NCBI GenBank assembly: GCA_024720975.1
Contig: JANJXX010000002.1
Span: 32,001 to 96,000 of the forward strand
DNA: 64,000 nucleotides
From: Thermoproteota archaeon
GTDB taxonomy: Archaea; Asgardarchaeota; Njordarchaeia; Njordarchaeales; Panguiarchaeaceae
Direction: 5' to 3'
The notes beneath the pieces were generated by a model. That model had not been told where the DNA came from, did no database searches, and saw only the letters and a list, made by a program, of their open reading frames with translations. Below are positions 1 through 9,181 of this stretch, in pieces. Numbering within the stretch: position 1 is the stretch's first letter; each line of letters starts with the position of its first letter. Position numbers and translations under genes: made by a program.

Positions 1-1431
1 GTCACTAAGCTTTACTTGAGCTATTTTGCTTATTATATGCATTGTGATAATCCTCCTCGCAACTATAGACTTAAGCGTATCAACTCTTACTATGTTTACT
101 CTTTCTGGTTTCAGAAGTTCCCTGACATTTATATCGGGTGTGCCTTCCAAATCAAATATTTCTTCTCCTAAGATTGCAGCTAATCTTCTTAGAATAGCTT
201 CTCTGGTAGCATCACTAACCTCTTCCTTAGGGAATGCCGAGTTTTCAAGCCATCGGTAAAATCTCTCAAGTGTCTGTTTCTCACTTGGATACATCAATCG
301 GAACCGTTTTGCAAGTTTAGGTAAGACATAGTAACCTTGCGGAGACAGTGCTGGCAGGTAATATTGGAGCATAGATTCTGGGATTCCGGCGAATCTTATT
401 GTAAAGAATTTTAAATTGGCATTCTCAGCTAGGGTATACTCTTTAGCGCCGCCTTCTGAACTGGATTCCTGTTTTGGGATCCAAACCAAAACGTCATCGA
501 TTTTCTGCGGGCTCAGTTTTAGGTCTTTCCATATTTTAATGTCAGACTGACTGGGTTTTATGGGGTCGTCATCTTTTATTGGATCTTCAGCTATCATGGA
601 GTATTCATTATGTGTGTCTATAACAACTACAGAACCACCAAATGTATTGATGAAGTTATATATATCGTTCTTACATTTGGCAGTTTTTCCTTTGCCCGTT
701 GTGCCTATAATCAATTCATGTTCAAATAGTAGTTCTGGACGCATCCTGTAGGCTATTGTCTCACCGGTTTTTGGGTCTTGTATTATGTCGTCCCCAAACA
801 TTATGGCACCGTACGCAGGACCTTCATTGGGAATACCGTATATTGTGTTTACTATCCTTTGCGATGGAAGGTAGGCAGGGGCTCTTATATGTGGTGCGAA
901 GTTAACATCCCCCTTCACTATACTGCCGCCAAGTTTCTTCAGAGAGCATATAGGTTCCATTCCTATTAGTGGCACCAGGTCCAGGAATTCTGTGTCTCCC
1001 TCTATGATCATACGAGAGGTTAGTATATCCCTAGTTTCAGGAGAGTCTCTATCTATGAGCTCATGCCAGGCTACGTCATATCCCATCATTGTAATTATTC
1101 CGGCTATGTATTCATCGTGAAGATAATCGTAAATCAACAAGGGAAAACCTCTGCGCACTCTTGTCGACCACTCAGAGAAGGGACGGACCCATAGAAGTCT
1201 CGCAGAATCTCCAACACCAACTTTCACGGATAATTTTTTGGGAACGACCAAATATCCAATTTCAACACAGTCGTCTAACCACGGCTCCTTCAATTTCTCG
1301 CTGAGTTTCTGCTTAGATCTTTGATAGAGTTCATGCTTTATGAAAACGATTTCTAGAGCCTCTTTTTCATCCCCCTCATAGGTTTCTTTTTCACTTGGTT
1401 TATCCGCAATTAGGTACTTATCCAAACTCAT
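1..1431 (-). CDS. herA: HerA/FtsK-family ATPase (DUF87 type), runs off the left edge; not in the ORF track
   Basis: Manual translation from ATG at 1431 (MSLDKYLIADK...) gives Walker A HELIIGTTGKGKT followed by VVVIDTHNEY, typical of HerA; lies directly downstream of a NurA gene. Confidence 0.85.
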   Translation of the reverse strand, partial: MSLDKYLIADKPSEKETYEGDEKEALEIVFIKHELYQRSKQKLSEKLKEPWLDDCVEIGYLVVPKKLSVKVGVGDSARLLWVRPFSEWSTRVRRGFPLLIYDYLHDEYIAGIITMMGYDVAWHELIDRDSPETRDILTSRMIIEGDTEFLDLVPLIGMEPICSLKKLGGSIVKGDVNFAPHIRAPAYLPSQRIVNTIYGIPNEGPAYGAIMFGDDIIQDPKTGETIAYRMRPELLFEHELIIGTTGKGKTAKCKNDIYNFINTFGGSVVVIDTHNEYSMIAEDPIKDDDPIKPSQSDIKIWKDLKLSPQKIDDVLVWIPKQESSSEGGAKEYTLAENANLKFFTIRFAGIPESMLQYYLPALSPQGYYVLPKLAKRFRLMYPSEKQTLERFYRWLENSAFPKEEVSDATREAILRRLAAILGEEIFDLEGTPDINVRELLKPERVNIVRVDTLKSIVARRIITMHIISKIAQVKLSD

Positions 1432-1437
1432 AGTCTA

Positions 1438-2544
1438 TCACTCTGAGAGAAAGCGCGCCCATCTTCTTTCATTAAAGAAGAAAGCATCTTCAATACCATT
1501 TTCCCTTATTGCTTTGATCACGTGAAGTGTAAGCTGTTTTTTCTCCTCATCGGAGAATCTCGCTATACCATCAGCTTTGCCGATAACGTAGCTTAAACCA
1601 TTGCCTAAAGCCAGATCTGCATAGACTAAATCGAGGACATAATTTATACCAAATTCCTCTAGGACCCAGGATGGAAACTCGTATCGAAGTATAACTCTTT
1701 GCGGAGATTTCAAGTAGAAGAAGGCTGGCTTCATATCATCTGCCAGCTTGGAGGCATAGCCATCGTTATATACAAATATGGAAGATCGTTCATTAACACC
1801 TAAATATGCAACGTAGATGTCGGCGTCGGAGAACCCCCGCCCCTTAATCACCTGCGAAATTCTTGAAGCAAGAGAATTCTTGACTAATTTTACGCAGATT
1901 ATTGATCTGTTAGTTAGAGCCTTAACTGCTGAGTGCAATTTGCTTAGGTACCTGGATGTGTAAAGGGGACCATCCCAGAAAAAGGCATCTATATGCGCCC
2001 CATATTCGTTCAGGAATTCTTTTACGGTCTGGACTTCTAAATCTAGAAGCATCTCCCTGATTTTCCTTCGAATTTGCTCCTCACTATCACCTAAGCTTTG
2101 TTGAATTGCAATAGACGACTTCCAAATTCCCCTCAAATTGTAATCAAAATCAATACGACGCGAGTACGTGAACACAGCTGATCGTGCAAGTATCAGTCTT
2201 ACCGGGTGCAACTTTATTGGAAAGACTCCTCCGTCCACACCAACAATAGCTTTATTTTTTAACGCTTGTATTGGATCTACATGAGGAACTTCGTACTTAT
2301 ACCTGCTCTCGATGGGTATAACTATTCCGGAATCAATAGCTTTGTCTATAATGCTCTCGATAACATCCTTAGTCAGATTTCTAACTGGTGAACTTTTGAT
2401 GAATGACCTGATTAAATCCTCGATAGCTGCTGAGATTAATTTACAAGGGTGCTTTCCTACTTTTTCGGAACTTTCTGTATTACATTGCTCTTCCTTGCTG
2501 TAGCTAGTCTCAGAACCTCTCAAAGTTTTATTGACGGTTTGCAT
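1438..2544 (-). CDS. nurA: NurA-family nuclease
   Basis: IVGVDGG and FFWDGPL acidic motifs, LVKNS, and a C-terminal GLSYVIGKAD resembling GYPxxLxxAH/D; adjacent to HerA. Confidence 0.8.
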   Translation of the reverse strand: MQTVNKTLRGSETSYSKEEQCNTESSEKVGKHPCKLISAAIEDLIRSFIKSSPVRNLTKDVIESIIDKAIDSGIVIPIESRYKYEVPHVDPIQALKNKAIVGVDGGVFPIKLHPVRLILARSAVFTYSRRIDFDYNLRGIWKSSIAIQQSLGDSEEQIRRKIREMLLDLEVQTVKEFLNEYGAHIDAFFWDGPLYTSRYLSKLHSAVKALTNRSIICVKLVKNSLASRISQVIKGRGFSDADIYVAYLGVNERSSIFVYNDGYASKLADDMKPAFFYLKSPQRVILRYEFPSWVLEEFGINYVLDLVYADLALGNGLSYVIGKADGIARFSDEEKKQLTLHVIKAIRENGIEDAFFFNERRWARFLSE

Positions 2545-2703
2545 CTAAAACACACGATTCTCATCTTGGCTATTGTATTATCAGCGTATATTATGAGTAT
2601 TACAAAGCATTATATAAAGCGTAACTTATTGTAATACAGGAAAGAAGGAGAAAATATAACACTAAACTTTTGTCAATTCTCTCTCGCTTCAAGGAGCCCT
2701 CTA

Positions 2704-3510
2704 TTAGCTTATCTTATCGATGGACAGCTGCTCGACAAGCTTTCTAATTTTTCTTGGCATGAAAATCGACACGCACTTTGCTGTGCTCTTCCGTAAAATA
2801 TTAGCAACTTCATCTGCAAATGTATCAAATCTACACACTATTGCATACTCGAGAAATCCGATGCGATCAATTCTAACTATTTTTTTGAATAACCCTGTTT
2901 TCCGCATTACCTTATCTAGATGAGTCCTTAGAACACCAGTAACTACAACTCTGTCTAGTCGCTCTCGAAACCACTTTCTAAACATGTTAATCGTCCTTCT
3001 CCCTGGCAGACCTATTACCTGATTTTCTTCCATCGAAACCACTTTCACAACAAATGGCATATTTCTTGCTAGACCGGCTATTCGAATGATTTCATCAATT
3101 TTAGGTTCCAGGCGCCTGGGATTCTTTCTTAAGATCTTCGAAAGTAGCGAAACTGCATTTATTTTTACATACATCGCTTCTTCGGTGCCAATGTCTGTCA
3201 ATATATCACTCCCTAGAACTCCCATAATTCGCCCGCTATACTCCTGTTCAACTACGATATCACTGTATTGTATCCTTCGCCCAAAGACCTTCTCTAGGTA
3301 CCTCACAGCGACCTCTGCATCATCACCCTCGATTCTTACCAAAGTGAAACGATTGTCGAGTTTAGAGGCGTCAACTATGGATGCATTTAATCCTATGAGA
3401 AGACCTTGAAGATAGGCTCTAAGTGCTTTCTTAAGACTATAATCCGGAAGACTGACGTATATTGGATTGAATATTATCGTTCCAATTTTTTCACTGGATA
3501 TTATTGCTAT
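2704..3510 (-). CDS. Conserved archaeal protein (DUF2110-like); probably starts upstream of the track's TTG at 3342
   Basis: VRIEGDDAEVAVRYLEKVFG motif. The frame is open from 3525 with no ATG/GTG/TTG before 3342; an in-frame ATA at 3510 overlaps the rpl37ae stop. Confidence 0.55.
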   Translation of the reverse strand: MAIISSEKIGTIIFNPIYVSLPDYSLKKALRAYLQGLLIGLNASIVDASKLDNRFTLVRIEGDDAEVAVRYLEKVFGRRIQYSDIVVEQEYSGRIMGVLGSDILTDIGTEEAMYVKINAVSLLSKILRKNPRRLEPKIDEIIRIAGLARNMPFVVKVVSMEENQVIGLPGRRTINMFRKWFRERLDRVVVTGVLRTHLDKVMRKTGLFKKIVRIDRIGFLEYAIVCRFDTFADEVANILRKSTAKCVSIFMPRKIRKLVEQLSIDKIS

Positions 3511-3752
3511 CGTTTTTTGTATTGTTCAAGTATACTGAGAAATTTTGCGTTGGTATCAGAAATAGGTTCAAAAGCTGCGCCACCCATTTTAAAACCACAG
3601 TTTTTACATTCCCATATACCAAAAGCAACCCACTCAAGACCTTCTTTTTTGCAATGAGGACATTGGTATCTTGCTTTTTTCTTCTTTTCGATAGCTTCAA
3701 CGCGCTTGCGGACTGTCGCTCCGTACCGAGCCCCAAATCTTCTGGTAGACAT
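3507..3752 (-). CDS. rpl37ae: 50S ribosomal protein L37Ae (eL43)
   Basis: RFGARYGATVRKR, CPHC...WECKNC zinc ribbon, GGAAF; SD AGGTGG precedes the ATG at 3752. Confidence 0.95.
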   Translation of the reverse strand: MSTRRFGARYGATVRKRVEAIEKKKKARYQCPHCKKEGLEWVAFGIWECKNCGFKMGGAAFEPISDTNAKFLSILEQYKKR

Positions 3753-3775
3753 TCTTGCCCACCTGAACTCATTTT

Positions 3776-4612
3776 TCAACCTAATGTTTGCTTTAAAACC
3801 AGATCCTTTATTAAGTTTGACCGTTCCTTAAGATCCCTAACAGCTGCTAGAAAATCGTCTATATCTAAAACCCCAGCTCCACTTTTTTGCGTGGCAACGA
3901 GATCATTCTTAGAGATCGCAAGCGTTAATTTATAGCCGGATACAAGCTCTTCTTGATGTGTTGGATCTAGGACTATCTTGTCTAGTATTTTCGCATATGT
4001 TAACTGTATTGGCATTAGCTCAATATTAAGACTTAGGGGCTTTGTTTCATTTTTTAAAATCACTGGACCCTTGTCCCCTATTTCAACTTTGGGTATCCTC
4101 GTTGTTAATAAGGCACCTAATGTTGCATAGAAGGCTGCATCAACTAGATTTCCGTGGTCATTTATAGGGTATATATCAATAAACATAACGTATACGTACT
4201 TCTCAGGCTCGACGACCAGGTCCTCTAATTTGATGAAGTTTGAACTTCTTATTGATCTATCAACAACACGCGCATATTCTATTCCAATTTCATTGGGAGG
4301 GCCTAATTCAAAGCTGGGCGAGGCTATTGGCATTGTTTCCATGTTGACAACAAACGCCCCTTGATTGGGTGTATCAGGGTAGGGCGGTCCAACTGATATT
4401 TTTATGCCTGCAAGCACTGAAGTCTTGCCTAGTTTTGCTATGCATGATCCCTCCGCTTTTTCGATGCAATTTGGTATTAGCTCTAGTTTACGCATTTCTA
4501 GAAGATCTCTCCCATCTAATCTTTTGCCTCTACTTATGTGGCTAAATATGCTCTCCTTCTCTATGTTAGAAAGAAATTCGCGGTGAATCGAAGACAAGAA
4601 TTCCGAGGCCAT
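3776..4612 (-). CDS. rrp42: Exosome complex component Rrp42
   Basis: GKRLDGR, AEGS, PYPDTPNQG, ARVVDRSIR; RNase PH fold; in the exosome cluster. Confidence 0.95.
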   Translation of the reverse strand: MASEFLSSIHREFLSNIEKESIFSHISRGKRLDGRDLLEMRKLELIPNCIEKAEGSCIAKLGKTSVLAGIKISVGPPYPDTPNQGAFVVNMETMPIASPSFELGPPNEIGIEYARVVDRSIRSSNFIKLEDLVVEPEKYVYVMFIDIYPINDHGNLVDAAFYATLGALLTTRIPKVEIGDKGPVILKNETKPLSLNIELMPIQLTYAKILDKIVLDPTHQEELVSGYKLTLAISKNDLVATQKSGAGVLDIDDFLAAVRDLKERSNLIKDLVLKQTLG

Positions 4613-4613
4613 A

Positions 4614-5357
4614 TTAATCTCCGGTTTTCGTTGACGACAAGTAATACTCCTTAAGCGCTTTCTTTTGAAGTTCGTATATTTGATCTATAGCCTTAATTGC
4701 CGTTGATAAAATTTCGGATAATCTATCTATCGGAAGGCGATGATCTGACTGAAGAAGAGTTATTTTTCTGTATGCAGGTAACATCGCTATTGGAATGTCA
4801 GCACATAATTCATCCTCGATAGAACAAACATCGACTACGATATTTCCATAGCAATAACCAACAGCCACGGAGGTGACAAGATCACGCAAAGGAATACCTG
4901 CTTGCGCTAGGGCTAATGAGGCAGCGTTTATACTTGCTGTCCGTGTCCCAGCGTCCGCTTGTAGTACTAAACAATATACTTTTATCATCATTCTGGGAAA
5001 TTCCTCAAGAAGAATTGACGGTTCTAGAGCTTCTCTTATAACTTTCGAAAGTTCTACTTCTCTCCTTGAGGGTGTGGGACTTTTTCTTTCTTCTGTAGAA
5101 AAGGTGCACATTCTATAGGCTACATCTAAAACGGCACGCTCGGGGTCTGCTATGTATGCAGGAACACATTCAGTTGGTCCACGTACAACGCAGAGAACCT
5201 TAGTGTGTCCCATTTCGAATAGACAAGAGCCCTCAGCCCTCTCTACAATTCCTAGTCTTATATTTATGGGACGTAACTCAGTAAATGCACGTCCATCTAC
5301 TCTCTTTCCACTTTCTAATATTTTCTTAAACTCCTCTTCACTTATCTTTAAACTCAC
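4614..5357 (-). CDS. rrp41: Exosome complex exonuclease Rrp41
   Basis: RVDGRAFTELRP, FSTEERK, SRREVELSKVIREALE, QADAGTR. Confidence 0.95.
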   Translation of the reverse strand: MSLKISEEEFKKILESGKRVDGRAFTELRPINIRLGIVERAEGSCLFEMGHTKVLCVVRGPTECVPAYIADPERAVLDVAYRMCTFSTEERKSPTPSRREVELSKVIREALEPSILLEEFPRMMIKVYCLVLQADAGTRTASINAASLALAQAGIPLRDLVTSVAVGYCYGNIVVDVCSIEDELCADIPIAMLPAYRKITLLQSDHRLPIDRLSEILSTAIKAIDQIYELQKKALKEYYLSSTKTGD

Positions 5358-6073
5358 TAAGATTCGCCCCTTTGAATCTTATGCATGCCTTTCATCAAGA
5401 AGTCTTCAATTTTCTTTGTTAATCCCTGCAAGTGTGCTAATTTCTCAATTCTCTTAATTGTTTGCTCTACTAATTCCTCAATCTCAGGTTTTTCTGCACG
5501 CACCCAGATAATACCATTTGTCCCAACCTTAACCTCTGCTTTAGTTATCCTTTTAATAGTCTCTAACATCGAACCCTTAGCACCAATCAAGCGCGGCACT
5601 TTAGCGGGATTTATCGATATTAACCTTCCTTTTTCGAGTTTCCCGTAACCAGAATCTCGACAACTTAAAATGGGGGCCAAGCCCCTTTCAACATACATAA
5701 CTTTAGTATACACAACATCACCAACTTTTAGATAATCCGTTGGAAGCTCCTTGCTCGGATCAAGAGGTCTTTTTAGGTATTCTGATGCATCTAGACGCCC
5801 TTTCCATACGTAATTTATCTCTAATAACCAGTAAGTTAGCGCATAATCAACAACGATTCCTATAACGCTGTCTCCTTGCTTGGGTATGTATTTTCCCACC
5901 AGTGGTACGACATTTATTTCTCGACCCTTAGCACTCACTAGGCTTATTCGTGTTGCAACAGTTTTTCCATCTGGTCTGACTATCGTACCAGTTCCCTTTA
6001 TCGTATAGTGTGCTGGATCCTCGACTATTACTTCACCGGGTACAACTATGCGATACTTAGTTTGTTCATTCAT
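5357..6073 (-). CDS. rrp4: Exosome RNA-binding protein Rrp4
   Basis: VVPGE, YIPKQGDSVIG (S1 domain), KVPRLIGAKGSM (KH domain), GTNGIIWV. Confidence 0.95.
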   Translation of the reverse strand: MNEQTKYRIVVPGEVIVEDPAHYTIKGTGTIVRPDGKTVATRISLVSAKGREINVVPLVGKYIPKQGDSVIGIVVDYALTYWLLEINYVWKGRLDASEYLKRPLDPSKELPTDYLKVGDVVYTKVMYVERGLAPILSCRDSGYGKLEKGRLISINPAKVPRLIGAKGSMLETIKRITKAEVKVGTNGIIWVRAEKPEIEELVEQTIKRIEKLAHLQGLTKKIEDFLMKGMHKIQRGES

Positions 6074-6105
6074 TGCTAGTTCCCATCAAGAGAGATAAAC
6101 CTTTG

Positions 6106-6951
6106 TCATAGGCGTTTTCTTGATATAATTTCAATTTTAGCTTGACCCCTTGTAGAGTTTGTTAGCAAATTGTTAAACTGCAAGAAGACCCCTGCGGGTA
6201 CTTCTATAACTGCGCGCAAACTCCCATCTTCTAGCCATTGCTGTTCTATGAATGTTCCCAAATTAGTTAGTTTACCATATAGGGGCCCCACAAATTCGGC
6301 CGGAATATGTATTCTGGTAGATATTATCTCTAACTTTATTGGTAAGATTTCTTGGAGGGATTTAATTACAATCGGAATCAATTCCTTGATGTCAAGGAGA
6401 GGATCTAGCTTCACTCCTTTTACGGCTCGAACCTTTTTTAATGCCTCATCTAGTTGCTGAGGCAAGTATGGCGCATTAGTCGCGGGATTGACTGCATATT
6501 TTTGAATGTACTTAAGAATCTCAGACATTTTTTCTTCGATTAACTTGTCCCTAATTGGCTCGGGAATTTTTACAAACCCCTTTTCTAGAACAATCTTGGC
6601 AGCCTCATGGTGTATTTTTTCATCGTTCCATCTCATCAATTCCTCCTCAAGTTTTTTCTTCTCATCTTCAGTAAGTTCCCTCGAAAGTTTCTTTTGAGCT
6701 TTTTCGATTGCCACTTCAAGTAGCATTTTGCGCAGTAGTTCAGTGGAAGCCAAAATACCCTTATTTACATCACTAAATACATAGGGATGCTCAATAACAG
6801 TATCGATATCGACACTTTCACCCTTTTTGTATCTTATGGCGTCGTTAGTATTCACGACAACATAGAATTTCTCTCCCCATCTTTCATAAACAACAAAAGT
6901 AAATTTCTCCCCCAGGTCTAATCTACCCCAAGCGCCACGCCATCTAGACAT
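6106..6951 (-). CDS. sbds: SBDS/Sdo1 ribosome maturation factor with an inserted helical segment
   Basis: GEKFYVVV, VFSDVNKG, AVNPATNAPY, IKSLQEILPIK, QWLEDGSL; SD AGGTGG precedes ATG 6951 (the track start at 7032 overlaps the upstream gene). Confidence 0.9.
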   Translation of the reverse strand: MSRWRGAWGRLDLGEKFTFVVYERWGEKFYVVVNTNDAIRYKKGESVDIDTVIEHPYVFSDVNKGILASTELLRKMLLEVAIEKAQKKLSRELTEDEKKKLEEELMRWNDEKIHHEAAKIVLEKGFVKIPEPIRDKLIEEKMSEILKYIQKYAVNPATNAPYLPQQLDEALKKVRAVKGVKLDPLLDIKELIPIVIKSLQEILPIKLEIISTRIHIPAEFVGPLYGKLTNLGTFIEQQWLEDGSLRAVIEVPAGVFLQFNNLLTNSTRGQAKIEIISRKRL

Positions 6952-6961
6952 CCATCGCCAC

Positions 6962-7330
6962 CTATTCACTGTACAATATGTATAGTATGGCAAAAACACT
7001 CGAGGCAGCGAATACGTACAAGAAGCGGCCAAGAACTCCTAGTGCTAGCATGTACAATATTAATGGGATGTATGAAAACCCTATTGTTATTATTCCAGGC
7101 TCTCGGTTCATGTATTCGGCAATGCATCCAAAGAGTACCAGAGAAAACAGGAAAGCAAACCACAGTATAACGAGCTGTAGAGTTATAATCGCATAGTATA
7201 TCCATCCACCACTCCCTATAACTCCGTATTGTTTTGCAGAAACCCATATTGTTGCGGCAATGATTAGTGAAGTAATCAACCCTACGAACGATATAAATGC
7301 TGATCGCTTTAATTCAATCCTTGTGACCAT
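6962..7330 (-). CDS. Small integral membrane protein (about 4 TM), function unknown
   Basis: 122-aa hydrophobic ORF co-directional with and tightly packed between neighbours. Confidence 0.7.
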   Translation of the reverse strand: MVTRIELKRSAFISFVGLITSLIIAATIWVSAKQYGVIGSGGWIYYAIITLQLVILWFAFLFSLVLFGCIAEYMNREPGIITIGFSYIPLILYMLALGVLGRFLYVFAASSVFAILYILYSE

Positions 7331-7355
7331 TTAGACTCACTTCAATTATCTTAAG

Positions 7356-7586
7356 TTAAGTGAATTTTCTGACGCTTGGAACCTTCCAGTATCTTCTATA
7401 GAATATTCGGTACCTCAGATAGTAAGGTTGCCTCCATCGGTACTCTCGGAGACGCGGAGATCGCCCGTAGCCACAAGCGGCACAGTATTTATGCCTAACA
7501 TTGTAGGCACGTTTACCACATCTACGGCATCTTATGTGCGTTTTACCTTGATTTTTCTGACCAAAACTTGGTGTTCCTTTCGTCAT
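7356..7586 (-). CDS. rpl37e: 50S ribosomal protein L37e with C-terminal extension
   Basis: [27 protein letters not shown]. Confidence 0.95.
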   Translation of the reverse strand: MTKGTPSFGQKNQGKTHIRCRRCGKRAYNVRHKYCAACGYGRSPRLREYRWRQPYYLRYRIFYRRYWKVPSVRKFT

Positions 7587-7595
7587 GGAGCTCAC

Positions 7596-7859
7596 CTACT
7601 TTTCTTCGCCTTTAGATTTGTACTCGAGGAATGGAAATACTATGAAAATGACTACGTCCCCTCGCACTACTACATGTCCCAGAGACTTAAACGAGCCATC
7701 ATCTAGTATTTGCTGCGCATCACCTAGAGTTAAATTCAAGTGAACATCAAAACCCTTCAATTTGCCTCTTATGTACTTATTTCCCTTGACTTTAACAACA
7801 ACATTATTTTCTAGGGACCAAACGAGTGCCTCTTTAGGCTTTAATGCTGCTTCCGACAT
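7596..7859 (-). CDS. Sm-like archaeal protein (SmAP1/Lsm)
   Basis: GKLKGFDVHLNLTL (Sm1) and VVRGDVV (Sm2); canonical position upstream of rpl37e. Confidence 0.9.
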   Translation of the reverse strand: MSEAALKPKEALVWSLENNVVVKVKGNKYIRGKLKGFDVHLNLTLGDAQQILDDGSFKSLGHVVVRGDVVIFIVFPFLEYKSKGEEK

Positions 7860-7924
7860 TTTAAGACCCTTTGTATAATTGGATACTCAATTATGGATTA
7901 AAGCCACTACCTTAAGACCCTTAA

Positions 7925-9178
7925 TCAAACAATGAAATTAAATGCAAAAATTGTTAATATAACCACAGAGATTATCAAGAGTATTCGAAAGCCAAGTTTA
8001 CCATAATTTTCTATAAACACAGAGGCTAACCAATTAAAGCCATCTAGAAAGAATATCGGAAGTGAATTTACGACAAATATTAAGAACTCCAACATCGAAT
8101 TTATTAGAAGGAAGTAAACTATGTCAAACATCATACTGTCACTTATTAACGAAAAATTGCTTTTGATGTACTGTTGCATTAGAATACCTATGTATGGTTT
8201 GCCATTTTCCTCGGCTAGCACGATGTAAAATGTTTTTTCTAATCCCGCCCGTAGAACTGTTATTGATATATTGTCACCAGGACGAAATCTTAGAAGGACC
8301 TCTTGAAATTCTTTAATCGTCCTAACACGTTGCTCTGCTAACCTTATTATTATATCCTCTACCTGGAGACCATAAATGTACGCTGGACTGTTGTTATCTA
8401 CAGCCAAAATCTTAATGCCGTATTCCTCGTAAACCCCAGTGAGCTTAAAACTATATAATGTGCCTGCAAATGCAAGCATCAAGATTATGTTTGCAAAAAC
8501 ACCAGCAGCGACGATTTTCCTAAACTTTTTTAGCAATGCTTTACTGTTCGTTTTAAGCGACACTTCTTCCTCTGAGCTTGACTTGTTACTTTTAACTTCA
8601 CTAGTGGCGCTGCTTTTAGTATATCTGTCCAACACTTGTTGGAGCTCATCTTCTATATCTAGCTCAACGAAACCCCCACCAAAGCCGATTGATATCAGTA
8701 ATCCTGCAGATTTTATCCTCTTATCTTCTGCCACAGCAACAGCGCCATGGAAAATCTCATGCGTTATCACTGCTATGGCGAAGCCAAGGAATATGATGAT
8801 TAGAAATTTGCCTAGTGGTATGGTTATGAAGGGAATAACTAACTCAAATCTAGATCCTATTGGTAGACCCATGAACTCCATGTAAAAGTTTGTGAATAGG
8901 GCAATAGTGTTGATTGAAATGTAGGAGATACTTAGTGTCATTATAAACGGAAAAGTTCGATTAGCGACCGAACCAAGATATTTCCAAAAGTCTTTATATT
9001 TTATTCCAACATATTCAATGAACTTTTTGAATTTATCACTTTGATAGACTACGATAAGAGGATAAATCTTTAAACGCCCCCTATTCTGTTTGAATTTCTT
9101 CCAGATTATTGATAATGCTATCCAGGTGACAACGAGCAAAATTACTGGATGAATGCCATTAACTAATTTTTCGCTCAT
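7925..9178 (-). CDS. Site-2 protease (M50) with PDZ domain
   Basis: HEIFH, AAGVFAN, SPAYIYGLQVEDII (PDZ), NSLPIFFLDG. Confidence 0.9.
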   Translation of the reverse strand: MSEKLVNGIHPVILLVVTWIALSIIWKKFKQNRGRLKIYPLIVVYQSDKFKKFIEYVGIKYKDFWKYLGSVANRTFPFIMTLSISYISINTIALFTNFYMEFMGLPIGSRFELVIPFITIPLGKFLIIIFLGFAIAVITHEIFHGAVAVAEDKRIKSAGLLISIGFGGGFVELDIEDELQQVLDRYTKSSATSEVKSNKSSSEEEVSLKTNSKALLKKFRKIVAAGVFANIILMLAFAGTLYSFKLTGVYEEYGIKILAVDNNSPAYIYGLQVEDIIIRLAEQRVRTIKEFQEVLLRFRPGDNISITVLRAGLEKTFYIVLAEENGKPYIGILMQQYIKSNFSLISDSMMFDIVYFLLINSMLEFLIFVVNSLPIFFLDGFNWLASVFIENYGKLGFRILLIISVVILTIFAFNFIV

Positions 9179-9181
9179 TCG

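Noticed and set aside
26-969. Short + strand ORFs at the left edge, and the many 60-230 aa ORFs antisense to identified genes throughout (e.g. 37410-38096, 56450-56989)
   Set aside because: They are shadows of well-supported genes on the opposite strand; the left-edge ones overlap herA.
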